Positions 19,735 through 30,654 of a DNA stretch of 64,000 bases are shown here, piece after piece. The notes under the pieces were generated by a model. The model worked only from the letters and a program-made list of their open reading frames with translations. It ran no database searches and was not told the DNA's origin. Source of the stretch: an uncultured Candidatus Saccharibacteria bacterium (GTDB taxonomy: Bacteria > Patescibacteriota > Minisyncoccia > Phycocordibacterales > PALSA-1337); contig CAZMFR010000001.1 of the NCBI GenBank assembly GCA_964565685.1, positions 36,376-100,375 of the forward strand, in the 5' to 3' direction. The position numbers and the translations under genes are program-made. Every line of letters starts with the position of its first letter. The stretch's first letter is position 1.

Positions 19735-20961
19735 ATGGCAGAAAAAGCCGAAAAAACAAAGAAATTGTCGACCGAACCGTACAAAGGCGTGCGGGATTTT
19801 TATCCTGCAGACATGGCGATTCAGAATTTTATTTTCGACACATGGAAGAAGACCGCAGAGAGCTTTGGTTACGAGGAATACGGCGCGTCCGTGCTCGAGC
19901 CGGCGGAATTGTTTCGAAACAAGACAAGCGAAGAAATAGTCAATCAACAGACTTATACCTTTACCGACCGAGGCGATCGAGAGGTGACGCTACGCCCTGA
20001 AATAACGCCTTCGTTGGCGCGCATGGTCGCCGCCAGAAGGCGGGAATTGATATTTCCCCTGCGCTGGTACTCCATTCCGAATCTCTACAGATATGAGCAA
20101 CCCCAGCGCGGCCGTGTCCGAGAATTCTGGCAATTTAACATCGACCTGTTCGGCGTCGACTCGATCGAGGCAGATATCGAGGTCATTTCCCTTGCTTATC
20201 AAGCGATGAAGGATTTCGGAGCAAAAGACATGGATTTCGAGATACTATTGAACAGCCGAGCGCTTTTGGAAAAAATATTTGAAGGAAAACTAAAGGATAC
20301 AGCCGATCTCTCAAAAGCCATCAGGATCCTCGACCGCCGCGAAAAGATGAAGCCGAGCGAATTCGATGCGGCGATGGAAGAAATCACAGATAGCCCAGTG
20401 GATCTGTCTATTTCACCAAACGAAGAAATCGACAAGATTCTCGCCAGTTTGAAGAATCTTGGAATAACCAATGTGCGCTTCGACCCGACTCTCGCTCGCG
20501 GTTTCGACTATTACACCGGCATCGTCTTCGAGATCTACGACACCAATCCAGAAAACCGTCGCGCGCTGTTTGGCGGCGGGCGATATGACGACCTCATTTC
20601 CCTCTTTGGTGGCGACAAGATTCCGGCTGTCGGCTTCGGCATGGGAGACGTCGGGATAAGGAATTTCCTCGAGACTCGCGGCCTTCTTCCAAAGGCAAAA
20701 GCACCGGCTGATTATTATGTCTGCGTCATGAGTCGAGAAGAATCTGCTTTCGCAGAAAAGATCGCCAACGACCTGCGCAAAAATCCGTCATCTGGCGGAT
20801 CACGCGTCGCTGTCGATTTTACCTACAAAAAGATCGGCGACCAGATAAAATCCGCCGACAAGCGCGGCATTCAAAATGTCATTGTCATAGGTCAAGAAGA
20901 GGCAAAGAGCGGCAAAATAAAAGTAAAGGATCTAAAGACAGGAGAAGAAAGGGCTCTATAA
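19735..20961 (+). CDS. hisS: histidine--tRNA ligase
   Basis: KGVRDFYP, LRPEIT, RYEQPQRGRVREF, RGFDYYTG, GGGRYD. Confidence 0.97.
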   Translation: MAEKAEKTKKLSTEPYKGVRDFYPADMAIQNFIFDTWKKTAESFGYEEYGASVLEPAELFRNKTSEEIVNQQTYTFTDRGDREVTLRPEITPSLARMVAARRRELIFPLRWYSIPNLYRYEQPQRGRVREFWQFNIDLFGVDSIEADIEVISLAYQAMKDFGAKDMDFEILLNSRALLEKIFEGKLKDTADLSKAIRILDRREKMKPSEFDAAMEEITDSPVDLSISPNEEIDKILASLKNLGITNVRFDPTLARGFDYYTGIVFEIYDTNPENRRALFGGGRYDDLISLFGGDKIPAVGFGMGDVGIRNFLETRGLLPKAKAPADYYVCVMSREESAFAEKIANDLRKNPSSGGSRVAVDFTYKKIGDQIKSADKRGIQNVIVIGQEEAKSGKIKVKDLKTGEERAL

Positions 20962-21046
20962 AAAGCACGCCAACAACTGAACCACATCACAAATCCATTG
21001 CGCACTGCAAAGCGCAGGGGTTTTTGTTGCCTGAAATTCAGGACGC

Positions 21047-22621
21047 CTAGACGATCGGCAAAATTATGGTAAACGTCGAGCCCTTGTCCTCGCCTTCTGA
21101 ATATACCTCTATCTTGCCATTATGATGGTTGATGATGGAGCGCGCGAGCGACAATCCAATGCCAAATCCTTCCGTATCGGCTGATTGAGCGTTCTTTGTA
21201 CGATAGAAACGCGAGAATATCCTGGACAATTCTTCGCGTTTGATGCCAATGCCGGTATCTGTCACAGAGACTAGGGCTTTGCGACCAGAACGCGTCAGAG
21301 ATACGGTCACCTTGCCGCCATTTGGAGTATAGTTTCTGCTGTTTTCGAGAAGAGTCTGGATGACAAACACCATCCGATTTCTGTCCACTGTCGTGATGAT
21401 ATCAGAGGCAGGATATTCGGCGGAAAACGATACGCCCTTCCCCTTGAATCTCGAGACGAACGGATCGGCCGCTTCTTTGACCAGATCCGTCAGTGAGCTT
21501 TTTTCCATCTTGTACATGGAGTCGATATTATTGTCCGCATCGGCGAGATCGATGAGCATGCCGGTCAGATTGACGAGCTTCTCATTCGATTCTTCTATCT
21601 GCTTTAGATTGATGCGCTTTTCCGGATCTTTCTCGGCTAGGAGAAGCTCGCTGGCCGCCCACTTGCTCTCTGTCAGAGGAGTGCGGAATTTGTGGGCAAT
21701 GACAGTAATAAATTCGTATTTTAGGATATCGTCATCGCGCAATCTGCGCCAAACCAGCACACCTAATAGCACGGCGATAAAAGCCAACAGCAACGGCATT
21801 ATCCAGAATGGGAATCCGGGGTATGCACCCTCTATCGATTGATTAAAGGAATTGAATAATATGATCAAGGTGCCAACAGTGGCCACTGCAACGCCATATA
21901 CAAACGCCCTCTTGGCGACTATTTTGATATCCAAAAGATCATATTTGACCACCGCATAGCTAAATGGCAAGAGGAATAGAACAGCCGAGAAAATACCCCA
22001 AGTAGGATCGATTGGGATATTGAAGATGAGAAGGACAGGGATTATGCCGAATATCCAACCAAAAGAAAGCGATATGGCGAAATATAGAATACGGTTCTTT
22101 TCGATATTATCGGACGAATGCCTGAACGCCTTGACGAGCTCATAGACGAAATATATCGGCACTATCAGTTGAAACACTACCCTGCTGACCCAATATAGAT
22201 CGCCCGGCACGTAATAGTTCGGGAAATACATCTTTGGGATCGACGGTAGCAGAAATGTCTGCGGAAAGAGCACGTAGAATAGAGCCAAGCCGAAACCGAT
22301 GACATAGATAAATATTATCATGTAGCGTTTTTCCTTTTCCTTGTGGAGAGCGGCCATGACGCAATGAAAATTGAAGACCGATATGAATATGACGCTGATA
22401 TTGCCCATCAATATATCGCGAGATAATAACGGATCGTTGACGCTCACTCCAACGACATGCGTGACCAGAAATCCGATGAATGCTACAGCCGTCAGGGCAA
22501 GCGTCCAATTGGCTGTCTTCTTTATATTATTGAAAAGAAGGAATATGACGAGGCACAAGAGCGAAATAGCCGAAAAGACGCCAAAGATATTGTGGATTAT
22601 GAGATGGATATTATCTGCCAT
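21047..22621 (-). CDS. multi-TM sensor histidine kinase
   Basis: N-terminal 7+ TM region; AHKFRTPLT H-box, ENSRNY, DTGIGI, GFGIGL. Confidence 0.9.
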   Translation of the reverse strand: MADNIHLIIHNIFGVFSAISLLCLVIFLLFNNIKKTANWTLALTAVAFIGFLVTHVVGVSVNDPLLSRDILMGNISVIFISVFNFHCVMAALHKEKEKRYMIIFIYVIGFGLALFYVLFPQTFLLPSIPKMYFPNYYVPGDLYWVSRVVFQLIVPIYFVYELVKAFRHSSDNIEKNRILYFAISLSFGWIFGIIPVLLIFNIPIDPTWGIFSAVLFLLPFSYAVVKYDLLDIKIVAKRAFVYGVAVATVGTLIILFNSFNQSIEGAYPGFPFWIMPLLLAFIAVLLGVLVWRRLRDDDILKYEFITVIAHKFRTPLTESKWAASELLLAEKDPEKRINLKQIEESNEKLVNLTGMLIDLADADNNIDSMYKMEKSSLTDLVKEAADPFVSRFKGKGVSFSAEYPASDIITTVDRNRMVFVIQTLLENSRNYTPNGGKVTVSLTRSGRKALVSVTDTGIGIKREELSRIFSRFYRTKNAQSADTEGFGIGLSLARSIINHHNGKIEVYSEGEDKGSTFTIILPIV

Positions 22622-22685
22622 AGCACGTCATTATTATATCACGTCTTTCTTGCCCCATTGCGACATCTCGCTTACAATATATTCC

Positions 22686-23261
22686 ATGCGCATAGTCACT
22701 TTCGATATCGAAACAAAGAACATCTTTCAGGATGTCGGTTCCTCTGACCCGGCGGCTTTGGATGTATCGGTGGTCGGCGTGCATGATTCGGAGACTGGCG
22801 AATACACCGGCTTCCTTGAAAAAGACTTTTCGAAAATGTGGCCGCTATTCGAGAAAGCAGATGCGATAGTGAGCTTCAATGGCGAACATTTCGACATCCC
22901 TATCTTGAACAAGTACTATAGCGGCAACCTGTCGAATATAAAAAGCATAGATCTGATGTTGGCAGTACAAAAGGTCCTAGGAAGAAGGATCAAGCTGGAC
23001 ACCTTGGCAGAGGCGACGCTAGGCAAGAAAAAGAGCGGCAATGGCCTCGAAGCAGTGACATGGTGGCGTAACGGCGAAGTGGAAAAAGTGATGAATTATT
23101 GTCTCGATGACGTGCGCGTCACCCGCGGATTGTTTGAATATATGCGCGACAACAAGTCGGTCAAATATCGTGAGCAGGGCGTCATAAAGGAGCTAAAAAT
23201 AGACACATCCGGTTGGGACGACGCGCCAAAATCGGCTATGAATTTTTCTTTGCCGTTCTAG
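22686..23261 (+). CDS. RNase H-like/DEDD exonuclease domain protein (YprB-like)
   Basis: FDIET, FNGEHFD, YCLDDV. Confidence 0.85.
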   Translation: MRIVTFDIETKNIFQDVGSSDPAALDVSVVGVHDSETGEYTGFLEKDFSKMWPLFEKADAIVSFNGEHFDIPILNKYYSGNLSNIKSIDLMLAVQKVLGRRIKLDTLAEATLGKKKSGNGLEAVTWWRNGEVEKVMNYCLDDVRVTRGLFEYMRDNKSVKYREQGVIKELKIDTSGWDDAPKSAMNFSLPF

Positions 23262-23384
23262 AAGAAGCCGAAGGTTAAAAGCAGAAAGCATAAAGTCCGG
23301 AATGCTTGTACCTCTTTCTACTTTATACTTTCTGCTTTATACTTATCTATGTGATATACTTTATCCGAGTAATAAAATAAAATC

Positions 23385-24200
23385 ATGGAACCAAACCAAG
23401 ATCCTCGCCCACAGCAAATCCTCACCGTCCCCATGGCCATCGTTTTGGCCGCAGTCATTATCGGCGGAGTCCTCCTGTATATGTACCGTCCAGCGGCCAC
23501 CACACAACAGGCAGTGAATAGCCAAGCCGCTCCTTCGGTCACCGTCCCAGATACCAGTGCTCTCCCACCAGTCACCGCCGCCGACCATATCCTCGGAAAC
23601 CCGAACGCGCCGATAAAGATCGTCGAATACTCGGATCCTTCTTGTCCGTATTGCAAAATGTTTCAGGCAACCATGCTCCAGATCATGCAGAATTATGGCG
23701 CCTCCGGAAAGGTGGCTTGGGTCTATCGACAATTCCCTCTCAACAAACCGGACCAGAACGGCAATATTTTGCATCCGAATGCCGGCATACAGGCAAATGC
23801 TTTTGAATGCGCAGCATCTGTCGGCGGCAATGCAGGTTTCTGGGCTTATGAAAAAGACTGGTACAGCACTTTTCCACAGGACGGCGCTGACGAAACCTCT
23901 ATCGTAGATAACCAGCAGATAATACAGACAGCAAAAGACATCAAGCTCGACACGAATGCGTTCAATAATTGCGTTCTCGGCGACAAGTTCGCCTCTACGA
24001 TCAACCAAATGTACGCATCCGGTCTCTCTCTCGGCATCGACGGCACGCCAACTTCATATATTGTGACCTCAACCGGCCAGCCGATCGCCATTCAGGGCGC
24101 ACAATCCTACGCGACACTCTCGGCCGCTATCGATGCGATTTTGGCGGATCAAGGGCAAGGGGGAACAGCTTCGACAGCTTCGACAACTTCGACACAGTAA
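23385..24200 (+). CDS. DsbA-family thioredoxin-fold protein
   Basis: N-terminal TM, DHILGNPNA, YSDPSCPYC, GTPT. Confidence 0.92.
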   Translation: MEPNQDPRPQQILTVPMAIVLAAVIIGGVLLYMYRPAATTQQAVNSQAAPSVTVPDTSALPPVTAADHILGNPNAPIKIVEYSDPSCPYCKMFQATMLQIMQNYGASGKVAWVYRQFPLNKPDQNGNILHPNAGIQANAFECAASVGGNAGFWAYEKDWYSTFPQDGADETSIVDNQQIIQTAKDIKLDTNAFNNCVLGDKFASTINQMYASGLSLGIDGTPTSYIVTSTGQPIAIQGAQSYATLSAAIDAILADQGQGGTASTASTTSTQ

Positions 24201-24203
24201 TTC

Positions 24204-24252
24204 GTACAAGGGCTTCCCTTGAACTATGTTTGTACAAGGTAGCACCTTGTAC
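24204..24252. repeat. tandem pair of 21-bp palindromic repeats
   Basis: GTACAAGGG-CTT-CCCTTGAAC and GTACAAGGT-AGC-ACCTTGTAC. Confidence 0.85.
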
Positions 24253-24271
24253 TGGAAACGACGGGTATTTT

Positions 24272-27200
24272 TTAGTCGAAGCTTACTTTGGCCAATCCGC
24301 ACCATTCGCAATCTGGATCATCGCATCTGCTTGACACAAGCCCACCGGACCAGACGCTGTCGATGACGCTTTGGATCTGCTCTTTTACTTTTTCTATATC
24401 CTCATGAGCTATCGGCAAGGAAACGATCGGACAGCGGCCTTTTTTATCCGGCGAGATGAAGACGAGCGCAGGCGTGATCTTTTTACCCCTCCAGCGCGGC
24501 TCGTCGTCTAGCAATATGCGATAGAACACGAGCTGACGAAAATAATCGCCGGTTGAATTTTTCGTCTCCCCTTTTATCTCGTTCACCGACATACCCTCGC
24601 GCGTTTTATAGTCAAAAACCTGGATCTCGTTTCCTGCATCGATGATCGCATCTAGCTTGCCGTGGAGCGGAATCTCGACTAGATCGAGGGATACCATCGT
24701 TGTCCGAGGGCTTCCATTTTGTCCAAGGGTAGCCCTTGGAGTTGTATCAAAAACCGTCTTGACCCATCTTTCGGTAAATATGGCCGCCTGCCGGCCGACA
24801 GCAAAATGCGACTCGAGGGCTTTTGCAACAGCCGGCGCGTCCTCGAACAGGTCTTTCTTGACCGATTCTTTTTCCTCCGCGGCAAGAAAAGACGTATCCA
24901 GATATTCCGCCGCTTTTTCCAAGATGACATCTTGGATATGCGATGCGGTCCGATCGCCTTCTTTCCAAATCGAAGAAATCGCATAATGCATGGCCGTGCC
25001 CTTTTCAGCCGCCGGCGAAGGCGCTTGCGGCAGTTTTAGAATGCTCAAATAAAGGAATTTATTCGGACATTCGAGAAAATGGTTCAAGGCCGTGACAGAA
25101 AGGCCGTTTTCAAGGAGAACCTGTTTGGCGATGGCAGTCATCTTGTTCGAGATCGGATCTCGAACTTTGATTTGTCCAAGGTCCGATCTTGGCAATTCCG
25201 CTTCAAACCTCGGCAAAGACGCCGCCGCGACGCTTTTTGGATCGAGCTCGGCGATAAATCGAAGCGGCGTCAGAGATTTGCCGTCGCTTTCCTCTAGAGC
25301 GGTCAGAATGACCGCATGCTTCTTGGCACGAGTCAGGGCGACGTAGAATAATCGCCGCGTATCGCGAATATCGTTGCCGCTCGCGCTCTTTTCTGGCAAA
25401 ACAAAAGATGCGCCTCGTGTCCGGCCGATCCACGCTTCTTCGGTGGCGTACGGCATGAAAACATAGTCGAATTCTAGCCCTTTAGAACCATGAGCCGTCA
25501 TAGCCGAGATCGACAAGTCTGGCGCACCGACGGATACCTTCACTGTCTTTGACTCGGCCGATTGGCGATACACGAGCATTGCCTTTATCAGGTCGAGCGG
25601 GCTCTGTATATTCCCTTCTCGCGCGAGCGATTCGGCAAGAGCAATGATGCCGCGCCACACATGAATAGCCGCCGGATCGCGACTGGCGATAGTAGAGAAT
25701 CCGGATGACTCGGCGGCGTGTATTAGAAAGGCGACAGCGCTGTCTTCTTGCATCTTTCTTTGCAAGCGGACGAGTGACGGAATTTTGTTTATCCAAGGGC
25801 TACCCTTGGACTGATTTTCCAAGGGTAGCCCTTGGAACTGACCGCTTCTCAAAGACTTTATCAGGGGAATCGCTTCGTCGATCGAGATTCCCCACATTCC
25901 AGCCGCAATCGTCTTTGCAAGGCAATCCGTCCGCGTGTAGTCAGCCAGAAACTCCATCAGATCAAAAAATAGCGCCCCGACGGAATGATGGAATATATCG
26001 ACACTTCTCTCCGATGAAACCGGTATATGATTCGATTCGAGGAGCCGGATGATGCGCTCTAGATCGCGATTGCGGCGAGTGATGACGGCGACAGTGGCTG
26101 TTGGCTCCTCTTTTAAGATCGTTTCGAGCCCAACAACTAGATATCTTTCGATAGCCGAGACGTTCTCACCAGTGACTACATCGAGCTTGCGCAGTCCTTC
26201 TCCATCTTTCCTTTTTTCTTCCTGTCTGTCGGCAGGCATGGCTTTGCTTCTCTGCTTGCCTTTATCGCCCGCTGTAAGTCTAACCCTCAAATCCTTGTGC
26301 TCGTCGCCTTCATAATTGTTCTCTATCATGGCAAAGCTGGCATCTAGAATGCCTTGATGCGATCGATAATTCGTATCGAGCGATATGACCTGCATGGTCG
26401 GCCAACGCTTTTGCAAGGTCAAGAAATTTTCGACAGAAGCGCCCTGGAACCGATAGATCGCCTGTTTTTCATCTCCAACAATGAATATGTTCGGTGTTTC
26501 AAAGAATTCAGCGATAGTGGCGACGATGAAATTCTGGGCATCGTTCGTGTCCTGATGCTCGTCCACGAGAAGATATAGAAATCTCTCCTGGATAAGCCGT
26601 AAAAACAGCTCATCGTTGCGCAAGGCGACGAGAAGCTCGATGAGAAGATCATTGAAATCCATCTTCTTCTGCTCGCGCTTGTCCTTTTCATATTTTTCAT
26701 AAATTTGGGAAAAGAGGACGGTGCGGCCGCACTTCTCTATGCGTTCTTGCGCTTCTGCTTTCAGCTTGCCCTTCGTAATGCCGCGCGTCGAGATAGAATC
26801 ATCGTCTTTTTTGATCCTTTCGGTCTCTTTTTCAGCGAATTTGCGCACCATTTCCGGAGTTTGCGCTTCCCTCTTTGCATTATCTATAGCGCGCATAATA
26901 GCAGATATGTATGCATCCGGCTTGCCAGTCGGACGAAGCTCTCTAAATTCCGGCTTGGAGATTATCGAGCGGATCAGAGACTCCTGTTCGACATCGCTCA
27001 TATGCGCCATGCCATCGAGATGCAGGAAGTGATCTGGATACTCGGCGATCATCGCCGCGGCAAAGCTATGAAAAGTATGGATCGCGATCTCGTGCGCGCG
27101 ATTGCCGATTATTTCGCGAAGCTTTGCGCGCATGGCCTTGACACCAGCATCGGTGTACGTAATAGCCAAGATCCCAGACGGTGGCGTATCCGTCCTCTTC

Positions 27201-27349
27201 AAGATATTAGCGATACGCAAAGTCAATATTGTGGTCTTGCCAGTGCCAGGACCGGCTATGACCATTACGGGACCGTCGATGGCGTCGACGGCTTTTTTTT
27301 GCGCCGGATTTAGCGATTTGTATTTCTGGTCAAAAGTTTGCGTATTCAT
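24272..27349 (-). CDS. UvrD/PcrA-family helicase fused to PD-(D/E)XK nuclease (AdnAB-like)
   Basis: AGPGTGKT, DEHQDTN, GDEKQAIYRFQGA, NYRS, KGLEF, YVALTRA; C-terminal GKLD-DYKT and Cys cluster. Confidence 0.93.
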   Translation of the reverse strand: MNTQTFDQKYKSLNPAQKKAVDAIDGPVMVIAGPGTGKTTILTLRIANILKRTDTPPSGILAITYTDAGVKAMRAKLREIIGNRAHEIAIHTFHSFAAAMIAEYPDHFLHLDGMAHMSDVEQESLIRSIISKPEFRELRPTGKPDAYISAIMRAIDNAKREAQTPEMVRKFAEKETERIKKDDDSISTRGITKGKLKAEAQERIEKCGRTVLFSQIYEKYEKDKREQKKMDFNDLLIELLVALRNDELFLRLIQERFLYLLVDEHQDTNDAQNFIVATIAEFFETPNIFIVGDEKQAIYRFQGASVENFLTLQKRWPTMQVISLDTNYRSHQGILDASFAMIENNYEGDEHKDLRVRLTAGDKGKQRSKAMPADRQEEKRKDGEGLRKLDVVTGENVSAIERYLVVGLETILKEEPTATVAVITRRNRDLERIIRLLESNHIPVSSERSVDIFHHSVGALFFDLMEFLADYTRTDCLAKTIAAGMWGISIDEAIPLIKSLRSGQFQGLPLENQSKGSPWINKIPSLVRLQRKMQEDSAVAFLIHAAESSGFSTIASRDPAAIHVWRGIIALAESLAREGNIQSPLDLIKAMLVYRQSAESKTVKVSVGAPDLSISAMTAHGSKGLEFDYVFMPYATEEAWIGRTRGASFVLPEKSASGNDIRDTRRLFYVALTRAKKHAVILTALEESDGKSLTPLRFIAELDPKSVAAASLPRFEAELPRSDLGQIKVRDPISNKMTAIAKQVLLENGLSVTALNHFLECPNKFLYLSILKLPQAPSPAAEKGTAMHYAISSIWKEGDRTASHIQDVILEKAAEYLDTSFLAAEEKESVKKDLFEDAPAVAKALESHFAVGRQAAIFTERWVKTVFDTTPRATLGQNGSPRTTMVSLDLVEIPLHGKLDAIIDAGNEIQVFDYKTREGMSVNEIKGETKNSTGDYFRQLVFYRILLDDEPRWRGKKITPALVFISPDKKGRCPIVSLPIAHEDIEKVKEQIQSVIDSVWSGGLVSSRCDDPDCEWCGLAKVSFD
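25791..25837. repeat. two 21-bp palindromes inside the helicase coding sequence
   Basis: ATCCAAGGG-CTA-CCCTTGGAC and TTCCAAGGG-TAG-CCCTTGGAA, translated as QGLPLENQSKGSPW. Confidence 0.85.
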
Positions 27350-27378
27350 AAAAAGATAGTAGTATCATACCAGAAATT

Positions 27379-27648
27379 ATGAGCATGATACTTACACTTA
27401 CAAAAAGCGACTGGAAAGAAGAAGTCCGATCGTCTGGCTTGCCAGAGAGAACGCGCGAGCTTCTCGCCTCGGCGCTCCATGCAAAAATGACAGGCAAACA
27501 ACGATTCTCCCCGCGCATATCCGATGAGGAGTTTGAAAACATGATATCACGCCAAGTGATATTCATACGGCTTGGATCTAGGGGATTTATAGTGACAAAA
27601 AGGCGTTGCAAAAATGGGCAATTGCTCGTTTTGCAAGAAGAGACTTGA
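27379..27648 (+). CDS. hypothetical protein
   Basis: 89-aa ORF divergent from the helicase. Confidence 0.5.
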   Translation: MSMILTLTKSDWKEEVRSSGLPERTRELLASALHAKMTGKQRFSPRISDEEFENMISRQVIFIRLGSRGFIVTKRRCKNGQLLVLQEET

Positions 27649-27737
27649 CCAACCACGGCGCGGAATCCTATTCTGCGCCTTTTTATATATTTGCCAATGC
27701 GACCTTTTGGTGGCACTATATGTCAATGACAGCGTAT

Positions 27738-28319
27738 ATGAAAAAGACTTCTATGAATAACTCACACGGCTTGCTCAAAAGAGCCGGCTTCACTCTCATC
27801 GAGCTTCTGGTCGTAATCTCCATCATCGGCCTTTTGTCGACCATAATCTTGGCGGCAGTGCAGGGTGCGAGAACAAAGGGAAAAGAAGCTGTAATAATTA
27901 GCGAGCTTGTACAATTCCGAAATCTATATGAAACAGCTTACTCAACATATGGAAATTATGGATCATTACAACCAAGCGCATTCAATACTTGCACAGCATA
28001 TAGTGGTAGCACAGGATATCTTTGTGCTGCAAATTCTATCAATGGTTGTTCCTATATATACGGAACGGGAGGAGATATAACCAATTCTTCATTTTCTCAA
28101 TCTGCTTTGACCTTATGTGATCAAATTGTCAATGATACAGGAGGATTATATATAGGTCTACCAGGACCAACCATTAATAATCAACAATATTCTTTGTGGG
28201 CATTATTGCCGTATCAAAACAAATATATGTGTTTTGGAAGTAGTAAAAATAATTCCTCAACCAGCTCGTCTCCAATTTCTGCTGGTAGCACATCACCAGG
28301 GTGTCCAGGAAATCCGTAA
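27738..28319 (+). CDS. type IV pilin-like protein
   Basis: AG/FTLIELLVVISIIGLLSTII; Cys-containing variable C-terminal region. Confidence 0.9.
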   Translation: MKKTSMNNSHGLLKRAGFTLIELLVVISIIGLLSTIILAAVQGARTKGKEAVIISELVQFRNLYETAYSTYGNYGSLQPSAFNTCTAYSGSTGYLCAANSINGCSYIYGTGGDITNSSFSQSALTLCDQIVNDTGGLYIGLPGPTINNQQYSLWALLPYQNKYMCFGSSKNNSSTSSSPISAGSTSPGCPGNP

Positions 28320-28326
28320 ATAAAAT

Positions 28327-28351
28327 AAAGGGTTCTTGGTCAGAACCCTTA
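28327..28351. terminator. bidirectional terminator
   Basis: TAAGGGTTCT-TGGTC-AGAACCCTTA between convergent genes. Confidence 0.65.
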
Positions 28352-28372
28352 TACTGTTATTCTATTCTTATT

Positions 28373-29035
28373 TTATTTTTTGTGTTTTACAACAATCAGA
28401 GCCAATCCGGCAAGTCCAATAAATGCCGCGACACATGGTTCAGGAGTTGACTCCAAAGAATAACCAACGATGTAAATTTGCGATGAGCTATCCAATGGAG
28501 TTTCCAAGGAAAAAGTCGATTCAAAAGAACTGTTTTGATACTCGAAAATACCTGCCATGCCTCCGAAACTCGCCGATGATGTTCCGGTAACTGGTGATTG
28601 ATAACTTGAACCGATATACCAATTATCAACCGTGGCTATTCCCCCAGACGACTGATGAGGTGAAATTATACCGATTACCAGACCACTGATTGGTGTTAAT
28701 GAGTCAATCATACTGCTTGTAGTTTCCCCGGCCACAGGACCTAATCCATTATTTATAGTGGTAGTAATGGTCACGTCTCCATTTAATTCAGTTAGGGAGA
28801 CTGACGTATCCTGGGCCGCTCCACCATCATAACCCACAAGAGAACTCGGATTCGAAGAGAAACCAACATTCCCCCTCGTATCCACCAATGCAACCCACGC
28901 CGCTTGGTCCAAGTAATTGCTGAACGTCGAGCCGTTGATCGGCGTAAACGTCACCGTTCCTTGCGCCCGCGCCGTCGAGCAAAGCGCAACGATTCCAACA
29001 GCGATCAAACCGATCGCCCATTTTTTCTTTTTCAT
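28373..29035 (-). CDS. PEP-CTERM sorting domain protein
   Basis: signal peptide ..ARA/QGTVTF; C-terminal TPEP + TM helix + KHKK. Confidence 0.8.
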   Translation of the reverse strand: MKKKKWAIGLIAVGIVALCSTARAQGTVTFTPINGSTFSNYLDQAAWVALVDTRGNVGFSSNPSSLVGYDGGAAQDTSVSLTELNGDVTITTTINNGLGPVAGETTSSMIDSLTPISGLVIGIISPHQSSGGIATVDNWYIGSSYQSPVTGTSSASFGGMAGIFEYQNSSFESTFSLETPLDSSSQIYIVGYSLESTPEPCVAAFIGLAGLALIVVKHKK

Positions 29036-29218
29036 GATTTTCCTTTCAAAAAACTGCCCAACAAAGCGTTCTCCAGTCCCACACGGGCTGGCGCTCTGTA
29101 TTGTTTACTGCAGGCACATTACCACACTTGAGATAAAAAAGCAAGAGCTACCTTGGTGAAAAACAATGCGCACGGTCAATGCCCAAGTTGGCAAGAAAAT
29201 CAATTTGGATTTGACGCA

Positions 29219-30481
29219 TCAATAGTTCTTCAACCTGTCTGCCTTTTCGTGCTGGCGTATCTTTTCATGGGCTTTGGCCTCGATCTGGCGGATACGCTCG
29301 CGGGTCACTTCGAATTCCTTGCCTACTTCTTCTAGGGTATGTTGCACGCCGTCCATCAGACCGCAACGCATTTCCAATATCTTGCGCTCCTTTTCGGACA
29401 GTTCGTTCAGAATCTCGCGCACCTGATCGGCTAATATGCGGCGGGAGCTTTCTTGATCCGGCGACAAGATCTTGTCGTCAGCGATGAAATCCCCCAAAGT
29501 AGACTTGCCATCGTCAGAATCGTCTCCAACGGGCATCTCGAGGGAACCGACCGGCTGATCTATTTTTTCGATCTGATAGATCTTGTCTACATCAATGCCC
29601 ATTTCGGTGGAGATCTCTTCTGGCAATGGGTCGCGGCCTAGTTCCTGAGTCAGACGGCGCACGACCTGTTTATATTTGGCGATAGTCTCTACCATATGGA
29701 CTGGCACACGGATAGTGCGGCTCTGATCGGCCAAGGCGCGAGTGATGGCCTGGCGGATCCACCATGTAGCATAGGTAGAGAATTTGTAGCCCTTTGTCCA
29801 GTCGAATTTATCGACTGCTTTGAACAAACCGAGGTTACCCTCTTGGATTAGGTCGAGCAAGGTCAAGTCAGCAGACCTGCCGACATATTTTTTTGCGATA
29901 GATACGACGAGTCGGAGGTTCGCTTTGGCCAGAAGTCCTTTGGCTTCGTTATCTCCGGCCGCTATCATACGAGCGAGCTCTTTTTCTCTGGCGGCGTTGA
30001 TCAATGGATATTGACCGATCTCGCGCAGATACATCTGTATCGAATCATAAGCGGAATCGTTGGAACGCGAACCATATGTATATCGCTTTGCAGTCGGAGC
30101 AGTCTCTTTTTCTATATTTAACAGCCCGCCGCCTTCTAGTATATCGACACCAGACGCCGCGAATTTGCTATAAAGATCCTCCAAAAACACTATATCGGTT
30201 TCGACAGTCGGAAATTCTTTGAGAATCTCGTCATAAGTGACGAATCCGCGCTCCCTGCCCTTGACCATCAGTTTGGCCGCTTTTACATCAAACGCTTTTT
30301 GTGTGTCTTTTTGCTTTTGGGACTGCTTCGTTTTTTTCGCTCCCTGCTTGCCGGCAGGCATAGTTTTGTTTGTATCCTTCGGTTTTGCCGCCGAGGCCGG
30401 TTTCTTCTTTATTGAAATGGGCTTTTTTGAAGCCTTTGTTTTGCTCTTCTTATTTGATTTTTTTGACGTGCTTTTAGACAT
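29219..30481 (-). CDS. rpoD: primary sigma factor sigma70
   Basis: [54 protein letters not shown]. Confidence 0.96.
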   Translation of the reverse strand: MSKSTSKKSNKKSKTKASKKPISIKKKPASAAKPKDTNKTMPAGKQGAKKTKQSQKQKDTQKAFDVKAAKLMVKGRERGFVTYDEILKEFPTVETDIVFLEDLYSKFAASGVDILEGGGLLNIEKETAPTAKRYTYGSRSNDSAYDSIQMYLREIGQYPLINAAREKELARMIAAGDNEAKGLLAKANLRLVVSIAKKYVGRSADLTLLDLIQEGNLGLFKAVDKFDWTKGYKFSTYATWWIRQAITRALADQSRTIRVPVHMVETIAKYKQVVRRLTQELGRDPLPEEISTEMGIDVDKIYQIEKIDQPVGSLEMPVGDDSDDGKSTLGDFIADDKILSPDQESSRRILADQVREILNELSEKERKILEMRCGLMDGVQHTLEEVGKEFEVTRERIRQIEAKAHEKIRQHEKADRLKNY

Positions 30482-30654
30482 TGACCATTGAAATGGACTA
30501 GATTGACTATACTAATGCAAAATCCGCAAAGGCGCAAGTTGACATGTGGAAAAGTGAGTGATAGGGTTCGGTCAGGAAAGGAATTTTGCACATGAAAAAA
30601 CTAATCGTATTCTTGCATAAAAAAGCGCCATTGTTGATGTATACTATGTGGCAT

